A stretch of 64,000 nt of DNA from Devosia sp. (GTDB lineage Bacteria; Pseudomonadota; Alphaproteobacteria; Rhizobiales; Devosiaceae), in the NCBI RefSeq assembly GCF_036563435.1, contig NZ_DATCMJ010000006.1:63995-127994 (forward strand), written 5' to 3'. Every line of letters starts with the position of its first letter. Positions within the stretch are counted from its first letter, which is position 1. Of the stretch, positions 7,844 through 15,697 are shown piece by piece. The notes beneath the pieces were generated by a model, which saw only the letters and a list, made by a program, of their open reading frames with translations, was not told the origin of the DNA and ran no database searches. A program made the translations under genes and the position numbers.

Positions 7844-8203
7844 CAAAAACTTATCCCCACCCTCCTTCACCCGTGCCAAACTCCACCCATTCCCGCCACG
7901 ACACGCAGTGCCGACGAAGCATTGGGCGGGGGGAGTGGTAGCCGGGGTCGCCCGGCACCGGCGTGGATGCTGACCACCGGTAGGCCGGGGACGTGAGAAG
8001 GAGAAGGGGGTAATCCCCGCCCGATCGCCCAACCGGACGTTCCTTCATGGAGCCGCTCGATGCATGCGCGGGAAAAACCAGTTCGTGTGAAGCGGCTTTC
8101 GCCTCTTCAACTCCCTCAAACAGGCGGCGCAAGCCGTCGAGGCGAAAGCCGCTTCCCACCGTGCAACCGCGACGCCATATGGCCGGGCGGCATTTGGCGT
8201 TGG
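7844..8203 (+). repeat. 360-bp direct repeat, copy 2, ending 58 nt upstream of tRNA-Leu
   Basis: Same as copy 1. Hairpins lie at 7906-7924, 7941-7956 and 8007-8018. A 17-bp perfect stem at 8089-8105/8139-8155 encloses a GCAA-tetraloop hairpin (8123-8138). Confidence 0.85.
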
Positions 8204-8261
8204 CCGAACGGCCACTAACGCGTTGGCACCGCGCGTCCCCCATGCTACCTCCCCCTCCGCC

Positions 8262-8347
8262 GCGGGCGTGGTGGAATGGTAGACACACCGGACTTAAAAT
8301 CCGGAGGGGGTATCCCCGTGCGGGTTCGAGTCCCGCCGCCCGCACCA
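8262..8347 (+). tRNA. tRNA-Leu (anticodon UAA), CCA encoded
   Basis: Cloverleaf by hand. Acceptor is GCGGGCG/CGCCCGC. The anticodon stem CCGGA/TCCGG closes the loop CTTAAAA. The long variable arm is AGGGGGTATCCCCGT, the T arm is GCGGG-TTCGAGT-CCCGC, and the discriminator is A followed by CCA. Confidence 0.95.
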
Positions 8348-8359
8348 CAAGGAGCCGCC

Positions 8360-8740
8360 ATGATCGAGCGTATCGAAACCGGAATCGCCCCCTCATCGGC
8401 ACCGATCAGTGACGCGGTCCGCGCCGGCAATCACCTGTGGCTCGTGGCCATTGCCGAAGATCCGCAGACCGGCGAGATCGTCGAGGGCGGCATCGAGGCG
8501 CAGGCACGCCGCTGCATCGAGAACCTCGAGATCGCGCTCAAGGCGGCCGGCGGCACGCTCCGCAACCTCGTCATGGTGCAGATATTCCTCGTCGACAGCG
8601 CCGACGCCGCCGGCATGAACAGCGTCTATCGCGAATTCTTTACCCAGCAACCATTCCCGGTGCGCGCAACCGTCGTGGTCAAGGAGCTCCTTGCAAAGGG
8701 CCTCCGCATCGAGATCACCGCGCAGGCGGTGCTGGGCTGA
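8360..8740 (+). CDS. RidA/YjgF/UK114 family (reactive intermediate deaminase-like) protein
   Basis: Reads MIERIETGIAPSSAPISDAVRAGNHLWLV...NLVMVQIFLVDSADAAGMNSVYREFF...PVRATVVVKELLAKGLRIEITAQAV. AAGGAG lies 6 nt upstream of the ATG at 8360. The ORF-track start at 8276 falls inside the tRNA. Confidence 0.85.
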   Translation: MIERIETGIAPSSAPISDAVRAGNHLWLVAIAEDPQTGEIVEGGIEAQARRCIENLEIALKAAGGTLRNLVMVQIFLVDSADAAGMNSVYREFFTQQPFPVRATVVVKELLAKGLRIEITAQAVLG

Positions 8741-9027
8741 TGCTGCTCAAGCTCGAACTGCTGGAGCAGATCCAGCGCGGCGAGGTCGACCTGGTGTTTC
8801 GCCGCTGGAGCCGGCCGACGGTGAAAGCCGGTGGCACGCTCAAGACCAAGCTGGGCCTGCTCCAAATCGGCGCGATCACCGACGTGGATCCCGCTGACGT
8901 CTCGGAGGCCGATGCCCGCCGCGCCGGCTTCAGCGATGTCGCCGACTTCCGCAAGTGGCTCGACACCATGAAGCCGGGCCACCTGTTCCAGCGCATCGAG
9001 GTCGGTTTCCCGCCCGAGGGGCACTAG
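8740..9027 (+). CDS. Small conserved protein, probably ASCH/PUA-like domain
   Basis: Its ATG at 8740 overlaps the RidA stop (TGATG). It reads MLLKLELLEQIQRGEVDLVFRRWSRPTVKAGGTLKTKLGLLQIGAITDV...ADARRAGFSDVADFRKWL. The family assignment is from memory only. Confidence 0.55.
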   Translation: MLLKLELLEQIQRGEVDLVFRRWSRPTVKAGGTLKTKLGLLQIGAITDVDPADVSEADARRAGFSDVADFRKWLDTMKPGHLFQRIEVGFPPEGH

Positions 9028-9695
9028 AACGGCGTCGGCGCCACGAAGCGCACGAATTCGCCCGTCGTGGGATGGGTGAGGCCCAGTTCCGCCGCATGCA
9101 ACTGCAGCCGGTCGGCCGCCGCCAAAGCCGCAGCATCGGCATAAAAGGCATCGCCCAGAATCACATGGCCGATGGCCTTCATGTGCACCCTGAGCTGATG
9201 CGTTCGCCCGGTCAGCGGATGGAGGCGCACGCGCGTCGCCGCCGCCTCGCGCTCCAGCACCACATATTCGGTCTGCGACGGACGGCCATTGTCCCAGTCC
9301 ACGCGCTGGCGCGGCTTGTTTTCCCAGTCGGTGGCGAGCGGCAGATCGACAAGGCCGCTGTCGCTCTCGATGATGCCGTCGACGCGGGCGATATAGGCCT
9401 TGGTGGTCTTGCGGTGCTCGAACTGCGAACCGATGCGGCCATGGGCGCGCTTGTTGAGCGCCAGCACCAGGACGCCCGACGTATCCTTGTCGAGCCTGTG
9501 GCACATGCCGGCGGTCGGCCAGGTTTGCCGCGCCCGGTACTCGATGCAGTCCCACAGCGACGGGTCCTTGCCCGGAACGCTCAGCAAGCCGCTCTGCTTG
9601 TCGACCACCAGGATATCCTCGTCCACATAAAGGACGTTAAGATAGGGATCGAGGGGCGGGTGGTAGTCGACGAGGGTGGGCATGGGACCGGGCAT
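9024..9695 (-). CDS. RluA-family pseudouridine synthase
   Basis: Contains LVVDKQSGLLSVPG, the catalytic motif HRLDKDTSGVLVLA, then KAYIARVDG and THQLRVHM. Confidence 0.9.
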   Translation of the reverse strand: MPGPMPTLVDYHPPLDPYLNVLYVDEDILVVDKQSGLLSVPGKDPSLWDCIEYRARQTWPTAGMCHRLDKDTSGVLVLALNKRAHGRIGSQFEHRKTTKAYIARVDGIIESDSGLVDLPLATDWENKPRQRVDWDNGRPSQTEYVVLEREAAATRVRLHPLTGRTHQLRVHMKAIGHVILGDAFYADAAALAAADRLQLHAAELGLTHPTTGEFVRFVAPTPF

Positions 9696-9739
9696 GCCGG
9701 GGGTGTAGCAGACCTCAACGAATAGGTGAATGCAGGGTT

Positions 9740-9764
9740 GGAACGGCTAGGAGCCCCATCCGTT
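9740..9764 (+). promoter_or_regulatory. EcfG-type (general stress response ECF sigma) promoter, GGAAC-N16-CGTT
   Basis: GGAAC at 9740-9744, a 16-nt spacer, then CGTT at 9761-9764. It lies about 27 nt upstream of the csbD-like ORF. CsbD-family genes are classical members of the alphaproteobacterial GSR regulon. Confidence 0.7.
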
Positions 9765-9790
9765 TATCTATCAGGTAAACCACCAAGGAG

Positions 9791-9979
9791 ATGAAAATGC
9801 ACAAGGATCATGCCGAAGGTGCTGGCAAGCAGGCCAAGGGTGCCCTCAAGGATGCCGCTGGTGGTCTGACGGGCGACGAACGCCTGCAGGCAGAAGGCAA
9901 GGCCGACAAGGCCGACGGCAAGCTGCAGCAGAAGGTGGGCGACGTCAAGGAAGCCGCTCGCGACGCGCTGAAGCACTAA
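9791..9979 (+). CDS. CsbD-family stress response protein
   Basis: MKMHKDHAEGAGKQAKGALKDAAGGLTGDERLQAEGKADKADGKLQQKVGDVKEAARDALKH shows the typical CsbD K/A/G-rich repeat. AAGGAG lies directly upstream. Confidence 0.9.
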   Translation: MKMHKDHAEGAGKQAKGALKDAAGGLTGDERLQAEGKADKADGKLQQKVGDVKEAARDALKH

Positions 9980-9999
9980 GCGCTGCCGCCAGCCTATTC

Positions 10000-10027
10000 G
10001 GGCCGTCCTTCCGGGGGCGGCCTTTTC
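10000..10027 (+). terminator. Rho-independent terminator after the csbD-like gene
   Basis: The GC-rich hairpin ggccgtcc...ggggcggcc is followed by ttttc. Confidence 0.6.
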
Positions 10028-10072
10028 GTGTCAGCCTTCCAGGCAAGATCATGGACCCTACCGGACAAGGCA

Positions 10073-10975
10073 ATGAGTTTCACCTTTACCCATCGGCGCG
10101 GCATCGAAAAGCAGGTCCGCCAGATTGCGCGCGAACAGATCGGCAAGGCGCTGGAAGCCTGTGCGGACACGCATGCCGAGTTCGACGCGGTGGTGCATGG
10201 ATTGCGGCGGCGCTGCAAGAAGCTCCGCGGTCTGGTGCGCCTGGTGGAACCGCATCTGGATGGGAGCAAGACCGAGGATCGCGCTTTCCGCGATGCCGCC
10301 CGTTCGCTGTCGGGCAGTCGTGACGCGGCGGTCATGGCCGAAACCTTCGAGGCGGTGCGGGCTTTCGACCGCAAAAGCGGCGAACGCATCGAGCCGTCCG
10401 AGGGCAAGGCGATCCTGCGCTGGCTCCAGAGCCGCGTCGGCCAGACGCCAACCGGAACGGCACGCAAGCAGATGCTGGGCGAGTTCGTCGGCATTTTCGA
10501 AAGGGCTGACAAGCGGGCCCGCGACTGGTCCTTGTCGGGCAAGGGCTTTGCAAAGATCGGCGACGGGCTCGAGGCGACCTATCGGCTGATGCGCCAGGGC
10601 CTGCGCGATGCGGAGCAGGAGGGCACGGCGGAGCTGCTCCATGAATGGCGCAAGCACACCAAATACCATTGGCATCATGTGAGCCTGCTGGAACCATCGG
10701 CGCCAGACATGCTGGCGCCGCGCCGCAAGCTCCTCGACCGGCTGGGCGAAGCCTTGGGCGACCACCACAATCTTCATGTTCTGGCTGAAACCCTGGGCGA
10801 CTACGATGACGCCAAACCCGATGCTCTCGCCGCGGTTCACCGGGCCATCGCGGCACTGCAGGATGAGCTGGCACGGGACGCCTTCGTTCTGGGGCGGCAG
10901 TTGACCGCCGAAACCTCGTCGAGCCTCGGTGATCGCTTCGGGCGCTATTGGGCCCTGTTGCCCAGGGAGAGTTGA
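10073..10975 (+). CDS. CHAD domain-containing protein
   Basis: Helical, with the repeated His-rich signature of CHAD domains: VHGLRRRCKKLRGLVRLV and HEWRKHTKYHWHHVSLL. I chose the start at ATG 10073; the ORF track begins at 10028. Confidence 0.8.
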   Translation: MSFTFTHRRGIEKQVRQIAREQIGKALEACADTHAEFDAVVHGLRRRCKKLRGLVRLVEPHLDGSKTEDRAFRDAARSLSGSRDAAVMAETFEAVRAFDRKSGERIEPSEGKAILRWLQSRVGQTPTGTARKQMLGEFVGIFERADKRARDWSLSGKGFAKIGDGLEATYRLMRQGLRDAEQEGTAELLHEWRKHTKYHWHHVSLLEPSAPDMLAPRRKLLDRLGEALGDHHNLHVLAETLGDYDDAKPDALAAVHRAIAALQDELARDAFVLGRQLTAETSSSLGDRFGRYWALLPRES

Positions 10976-10978
10976 GCC

Positions 10979-11467
10979 ATGGCTACGGAAATCGAACGCA
11001 AGTTTCTGGTTGTCGGCGATGGCTGGAAGGCTTTGGCGCAAAGCAGCAGCGTCATCCGGCAGGGCTATCTCTCGTCCAACGCCAAGGCGACCGTCCGCGT
11101 CCGCAGCTGGGATGACCAGCGCGCCGCCTTGACGCTCAAGGGCCGCGTCAGCGGCATGAGCCGTCCGGAATATGAGTATGACATCCCCGTCCAGGATGCG
11201 CGCGAACTGCTGGACATGGCGCAGCCGCACCTGGTCGAAAAACGCCGCCACATCGTGCATTTTGCCGGCCTCACCTGGGAAGTCGATGTGTTCGAGGGCC
11301 GGCATGCAGGCCTCGTCATTGCCGAGGTGGAACTTCAATCCGAGGCGCAGGAGGTGACGCTGCCCGACTGGATCGGCGCCGAGGTGACCGACGACGAGCG
11401 CTACTACAATGCCAGCCTCTCGCGCAGCGACGGCATGCCGGAGCCGAAGCTTACTGCCAGCGCTTGA
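10979..11467 (+). CDS. CYTH domain protein (triphosphate tunnel metalloenzyme)
   Basis: The N-terminus MATEIERKFLV carries the EXEXK motif. Further on come RQGYLS...ATVRVRS, EYEY and VAEVEL. Confidence 0.88.
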   Translation: MATEIERKFLVVGDGWKALAQSSSVIRQGYLSSNAKATVRVRSWDDQRAALTLKGRVSGMSRPEYEYDIPVQDARELLDMAQPHLVEKRRHIVHFAGLTWEVDVFEGRHAGLVIAEVELQSEAQEVTLPDWIGAEVTDDERYYNASLSRSDGMPEPKLTASA

Positions 11468-11993
11468 AGGTCTTGAGGTGCTCAAGGTTCTTGAGCACCG
11501 TGCCGGTCAGGCGATCGACGCTTTCGGTCACCGGCAGGACCAGCACGTTTTCGGTGGCCGGGTCTGGCACTTCGAGGGTCGCAAACTGCGAATCGAGCAG
11601 GCTCGTGGGCATGTATTCGTGGCTCCGCCGCGCCATGCGCTCGCCGATCACCTCGCGGCTGCCGTGGAGATAGGCAAAGAGGATATCCTCGCCTGCTTTT
11701 TCCATGAGATAATCACGGTAGATGCGCTTGAGCGCGGAGCAGGCCCCCACCGCCGCCCCCTTGCGCTCGGCAGCCTCATGAAGCGCCTGCGCCAGGCGCT
11801 CCAGCCAGGGCCAGCGGTCCACGTCGGTCAGGGGAATGCCGGCCCGCATCTTTTCGACATTGGCTTCGGGGTGGAAGCCGTCGCCATCCAGAAAGGGAAC
11901 ATGGAGGCGCCGGGCGATGGATTGGCCCATGGTGGACTTGCCAGAGGAACTGACCCCCATGACGATGATGATGCGTGCAGGCTTGAGGGACAT
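11451..11993 (-). CDS. gntK: Gluconokinase
   Basis: This is the C-terminal 180 codons of track ORF 11451..12926, starting at ATG 11993. It reads MSLKPARIIIVMGVSSSGKSTMGQSIARRLHVPFLDGDGFHPEANVEKMRAGIPLTD, giving a P-loop plus the GntK motif. It begins 2 nt after the stop of the upstream SDR gene. Confidence 0.9.
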   Translation of the reverse strand: MSLKPARIIIVMGVSSSGKSTMGQSIARRLHVPFLDGDGFHPEANVEKMRAGIPLTDVDRWPWLERLAQALHEAAERKGAAVGACSALKRIYRDYLMEKAGEDILFAYLHGSREVIGERMARRSHEYMPTSLLDSQFATLEVPDPATENVLVLPVTESVDRLTGTVLKNLEHLKTFKRWQ

Positions 11994-11995
11994 GG

Positions 11996-12766
11996 TCACA
12001 CCACCGCCGTCAGGCCGCCATCCACATAAAGGATGTGCCCGTTGACAAAGCTCGATGCGGGGGAGGCGAGGAACACGGCAGCGCCACCCAATTCCTCCAC
12101 CTCGGCCCAGCGGCCCATGGGCGTCCGCCCCTTCACCCAGGCGTCGAAAGCCGGGTCCGCCATCAGGGTCGTATTGAGCTCGGTGCGAAAATAGCCGGGC
12201 GCCAGTCCATTGACGTTGATGCCGTAGCGGGCCCAGTCCGCCGCCATGCCGCGCGTGAGGTTGGCCACGGCCGCCTTGGCCGCCCCATAGGGCGCCGCCC
12301 CCGGCCGGGCAATGTCGGTCAAGACCGAGCAGATATTGATGATCCGCCCTTGGCCGCGCTTGATCATGCCCTGCACCACGACCTTGCTGACGGCAAAGGT
12401 CGCGGTCACATGCGTTGCCAGCAAGCGCTCGAAGCTTTCCATCGGATAGGTCTCGAGCGGCCCGCGGATCTGCATGCCGGCATTGTTGACCAGGATATCG
12501 ATGGGCCCGATCTCGCTCTCGCAATGGGCGACCGCTTCGGTCACGCTGTCTTCGCTGGTCACATCGAACGCGATGGCCTTCACGTCCGCGCCGGTCGCGG
12601 CCAGGTCGGCCGCAGCAGCACCCAGTGCCACGCTGTCCCGCGCGTTGAGGATCACGGCTGCACCGGCCCGCGCGAAAGCCGTCGCCATGGCCAGGCCCAG
12701 GCCGCGGCTCGAGCCGGTGACCAGTGCGCGTTTGCCGGTAAGATCGAAGGGATGAGTGGCAGGCAA
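11996..12766 (-). CDS. Short-chain dehydrogenase/reductase, gluconate 5-dehydrogenase-like
   Basis: Contains TGSSRGLGLAMA (the TGxxxGxG motif), NNAG, the catalytic YGAAKAAV, and the tail SSFVNGHILYVDGG. Confidence 0.85.
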   Translation of the reverse strand: MPATHPFDLTGKRALVTGSSRGLGLAMATAFARAGAAVILNARDSVALGAAAADLAATGADVKAIAFDVTSEDSVTEAVAHCESEIGPIDILVNNAGMQIRGPLETYPMESFERLLATHVTATFAVSKVVVQGMIKRGQGRIINICSVLTDIARPGAAPYGAAKAAVANLTRGMAADWARYGINVNGLAPGYFRTELNTTLMADPAFDAWVKGRTPMGRWAEVEELGGAAVFLASPASSFVNGHILYVDGGLTAVV

Positions 12767-12964
12767 AGTCAGTCTCCAATGAGGGCCAGACCTTACGCAG
12801 CCTCAGGGGTGACGGCAATACGATCCTACCATACAAGATCGGACTTTCGGCCAAAAATTCCCCTAAAGCGACTTCCTTACGGCTCTGGTTTGTGGTCAGT
12901 TCGCCGCCACATTCCATGCACCACACGCATGGGCGAGACGAGAAGTTCTTGGAAGGACGTTTGT

Positions 12965-14383
12965 ATGTCGACAGCGGATATTGGCCTGATCGGCCTGGCG
13001 GTGATGGGCTCCAATCTGGCGCTGAACATCGCGGAAAAGGGCTATACCATTGCCGTCCATAACCGCACGGCGTCCAAGATCGACGACTTCATGGTCACCG
13101 CCCGGGAGCAGGGGCTCGATGGCAAGGTCGTTCCCAAGGCCGACCTGGCGGACTTCATCCAGACCATCAAGCGCCCGCGCTCGATCATCATCATGGTCAA
13201 GGCCGGCCAGCCGGTCGACGACATGATCGAGCAGCTGCTGCCCCATCTCGAGCAGGGCGACGCGATCATCGAATGCGGCAACTCGCTCTATACCGACACG
13301 CAGCGCCGCTTCGACTACCTCAAGCCCAAAAATATCGGCTATCTCGGCGTCGGCGTGTCCGGCGGCGAAGAGGGCGCGCGCCATGGTCCGTCCATCATGG
13401 TCGGCGGCTCCAAGGAACAATGGCACAATGCGGAAGCGGTTCTCACTGCCATCGCGGCCCAGTTCAACGGCGAAAGCTGCTGCGCCTATCTGGGCGAAGG
13501 TGGCGCCGGCCACTTCGTCAAGATGATCCACAACGGCATCGAATATGGCGACATGCAGATGATCGCCGAAATCTATGGCGTGATGCGCGATGGCCTGGGC
13601 ATGTCGCCCAAGGAATGCGCCGACGTCTTCAAGGAGTGGAACAAGGGTCCGCTTAATTCCTATCTGATCGAGATCACCGGCCACGTGCTTGATGCTGTCG
13701 ACGAGCAGACCGGCAAGCCGCTGGTCGACCTGATCCTCGACAAGGCCGGCCAGAAGGGCACTGGCATGTGGTCTGCCGTTGTCGCCCAGCAGATGGGTGT
13801 GCCCGCCACGGCCATCGAAGGCGCCGTCGCAGCCCGCTCGCTCTCCTCGCGCAAGTGGGAGCGCGTCGCTGCCGAAGGCATCTACGGCAAGCCCAACCGC
13901 GCCAAAACCGACGTGTCTCTCGCCGATCTCGAAAAGGCGCTGCTGGCGGGCAAGATCGTCTCCTATGCGCAGGGCTTTGCCGTCATTGCCAAGGCCTCGG
14001 AAGAGTTCGGCTGGTCGCTGCCGCTGGCTACGATCGCCAAGATCTGGCGCGCCGGCTGCATCATCCGCTCGCGCTTCCTCGACCAGATGAGCTCGGCCTA
14101 TGCCAAGGGCGAGGCGGTCAATCTCCTGGTCGTTCCGGACTTCGTCGCGATCATGAAGGACAGCCATCCGAGCCTGCGCAAGGTCGTGGCGGCGGCGGCC
14201 ATCGGCGAGTTCCCGATGATCTGCCTGTCCGCTTCGCTCAGCTATTTCGACAGCTACCGCCAGGCGCAGGGCACCGCGAACCTGACGCAAGGCCAGCGCG
14301 ACTTCTTCGGCGCCCACGGCTTCGAGATCGAAGGCCGCGGCGCCGACCTGCACGGCACCTGGCCCTCGACGCTGGGCAAGTAA
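12965..14383 (+). CDS. gnd: NADP-dependent 6-phosphogluconate dehydrogenase (decarboxylating)
   Basis: Reads MSTADIGLIGLAVMGSNLALNIAEKGY...GVSGGEEGARHGPSIMVGG...HFVKMIHNGIEYGDMQ. The long N-terminal extension of track ORF 12035..14383 is antisense to the SDR gene. Confidence 0.95.
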   Translation: MSTADIGLIGLAVMGSNLALNIAEKGYTIAVHNRTASKIDDFMVTAREQGLDGKVVPKADLADFIQTIKRPRSIIIMVKAGQPVDDMIEQLLPHLEQGDAIIECGNSLYTDTQRRFDYLKPKNIGYLGVGVSGGEEGARHGPSIMVGGSKEQWHNAEAVLTAIAAQFNGESCCAYLGEGGAGHFVKMIHNGIEYGDMQMIAEIYGVMRDGLGMSPKECADVFKEWNKGPLNSYLIEITGHVLDAVDEQTGKPLVDLILDKAGQKGTGMWSAVVAQQMGVPATAIEGAVAARSLSSRKWERVAAEGIYGKPNRAKTDVSLADLEKALLAGKIVSYAQGFAVIAKASEEFGWSLPLATIAKIWRAGCIIRSRFLDQMSSAYAKGEAVNLLVVPDFVAIMKDSHPSLRKVVAAAAIGEFPMICLSASLSYFDSYRQAQGTANLTQGQRDFFGAHGFEIEGRGADLHGTWPSTLGK

Positions 14384-14392
14384 GAACAATCA

Positions 14393-14417
14393 AGCCCCGC
14401 TTCGGCGGGGCTTTTTC
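14393..14417. terminator. Hairpin terminator between convergent gnd and the GGDEF gene
   Basis: agccccgc-ttcg-gcggggct is followed by ttttt. Confidence 0.7.
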
Positions 14418-14421
14418 CCCT

Positions 14422-15663
14422 TCAGGCGCGCATGCGGCTGCCGGTTCGGCGTTCCGCAGCCTGGGGCAGGGCGTGCAGTGCCGGCGCACCAAGGACAGCA
14501 CGGTCCTTGCCGGCGCGCTTGGCCTCGTAGAGCGCCCGATCGGCAGCCGACATCATCTCGGAAATGGTCTCGCCCGCCACCCTCGGATGCAGCCCGATGC
14601 TGACGGTAACGTAGCGATCCGGCGGCAGGCCCGGGAAATGCGCTTGCGAGAGCTCTTTTCGAATAACTTCTGCATGCCCGAGCAGTTCGGGCCGTGATAC
14701 CTTGCCGTAAAAAAGCGTGAATTCCTCACCGCCCGACCGGGAGGTTAGGTGGCCACCTCCGTGCCGGTTCAGCACCTCGGCCACTGCCGCGATCACCCCG
14801 TCCCCCACCGCGTGGCCATAGCTGTCATTGACCAGCTTGAAGTTGTCGATGTCGACGATCATCACGGCGGCGCCGTCCTCGGCCCCACAGGCCGTCAACG
14901 CCTTCTGCACGCCTTTCTGGAAACCGCGCCGGTTCAGGAGCCCCGTCAGGAAGTCGCGATCGGCTTCCACGGTGAGTTCATCAAAGAGCTTGGCCGCCAG
15001 CGATCCGAGGAAGGCGAGTCCGACGGCGATAGCCAGGATTGGTGTCACGGCCTGAACGGTTGCCCAATAGGCGGAGTCGCGAAACGAGCCGCCGGCATTG
15101 GCATCGAGCTGCTTGAGCAGCAGTGCGGCGGGCCGTGCTACGGCCAACACGGTCAGGGCAAAGGAGAGCACGACGAACAGCCAGTCCAGCGCCCGTTGGG
15201 GTCGAGCGCGGAGCAACATCCAGGTCGTTGTCGCCGACAGGATGGTATAGGCGACGCTGACGACATAGATGCGCGCCTCGGTCGAGGGCTCCACCACAAG
15301 GTACCAGGCAAAGGCCGGGCAGCAGAGCGCGATTGAAACGCCGAACAACCGCAGCGGCACCGGCACGCCCGCGCGTTGCAACCCGCCGATGCAGGCGGAA
15401 GCGATGGCTGTGAGAAACAGAATGTTGGCCGCCACGCGGGAGGCTGAGGTGGAGAAACCGGGGAGGAGGTCGTTGACGGCAAATGCCAGCCCACAACTCA
15501 GAAAGGCAAGCGCCAGCATGCCGAGATAGGCTTGATCGGGGCGCTTGCGCCACAAGACGAGAAAGGTGACCGCCAATATGGCTGCCACCGCTGGATTGAG
15601 TAAAGTGAAGAAGAAGTGCCCGACCAAGTGTCGAAACCCGCATGTGCCCCGCAGATAAAGCAC
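14422..15663 (-). CDS. Membrane-anchored diguanylate cyclase (GGDEF domain)
   Basis: The N-terminal ~230 aa hold multiple hydrophobic helices. The C-terminus reads DFLTGLLNRRGF...VDIDNFKLVNDSYGHAVGD...RSGGEEFTLF (active-site GGEEF)...ADRALYEAKRAGKDR. The start codon is uncertain. Confidence 0.9.
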   Translation of the reverse strand: MLYLRGTCGFRHLVGHFFFTLLNPAVAAILAVTFLVLWRKRPDQAYLGMLALAFLSCGLAFAVNDLLPGFSTSASRVAANILFLTAIASACIGGLQRAGVPVPLRLFGVSIALCCPAFAWYLVVEPSTEARIYVVSVAYTILSATTTWMLLRARPQRALDWLFVVLSFALTVLAVARPAALLLKQLDANAGGSFRDSAYWATVQAVTPILAIAVGLAFLGSLAAKLFDELTVEADRDFLTGLLNRRGFQKGVQKALTACGAEDGAAVMIVDIDNFKLVNDSYGHAVGDGVIAAVAEVLNRHGGGHLTSRSGGEEFTLFYGKVSRPELLGHAEVIRKELSQAHFPGLPPDRYVTVSIGLHPRVAGETISEMMSAADRALYEAKRAGKDRAVLGAPALHALPQAAERRTGSRMRA

Positions 15664-15697
15664 TTCAATAGGTATAAAGAAATGTTAAGGGCGCAGA

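Noticed and set aside
7844-8203. Possibility that the repeat is tmRNA (two-piece alphaproteobacterial ssrA), RNase P RNA, a cobalamin riboswitch or a group II intron fragment
   Set aside because: I found no ANDN-type tag reading frame and no T-arm/ACCA end. There is no GAGGAAAGUCCGGGC or ACAGAACCCGGCUUA box; a loose GAAGGAACGUCCGG on the minus strand is the only resemblance. There is no B12 box, and no 34-nt domain V with an AGC triad. The class remains unassigned and needs cmscan.
8262-8347. Group I intron in tRNA-Leu(UAA), as in cyanobacteria and plastids
   Set aside because: The anticodon loop CTTAAAA is uninterrupted and the gene is a normal 86 nt.
10058-11485. 475-aa minus-strand ORF
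   Set aside because: It is antisense to the CHAD and CYTH genes, has no recognisable motifs, and shows an R/A/G/P-rich composition.
12035-12964. 310-codon N-terminal extension of the gnd ORF (track ORF 12035..14383)
   Set aside because: This part is antisense to the SDR gene and the divergent promoter region. The Gnd homology, including the GxxGxxG NADP fold, begins at ATG 12965.
12896-14389. 497-aa minus-strand ORF
   Set aside because: It is a shadow ORF antisense to gnd.
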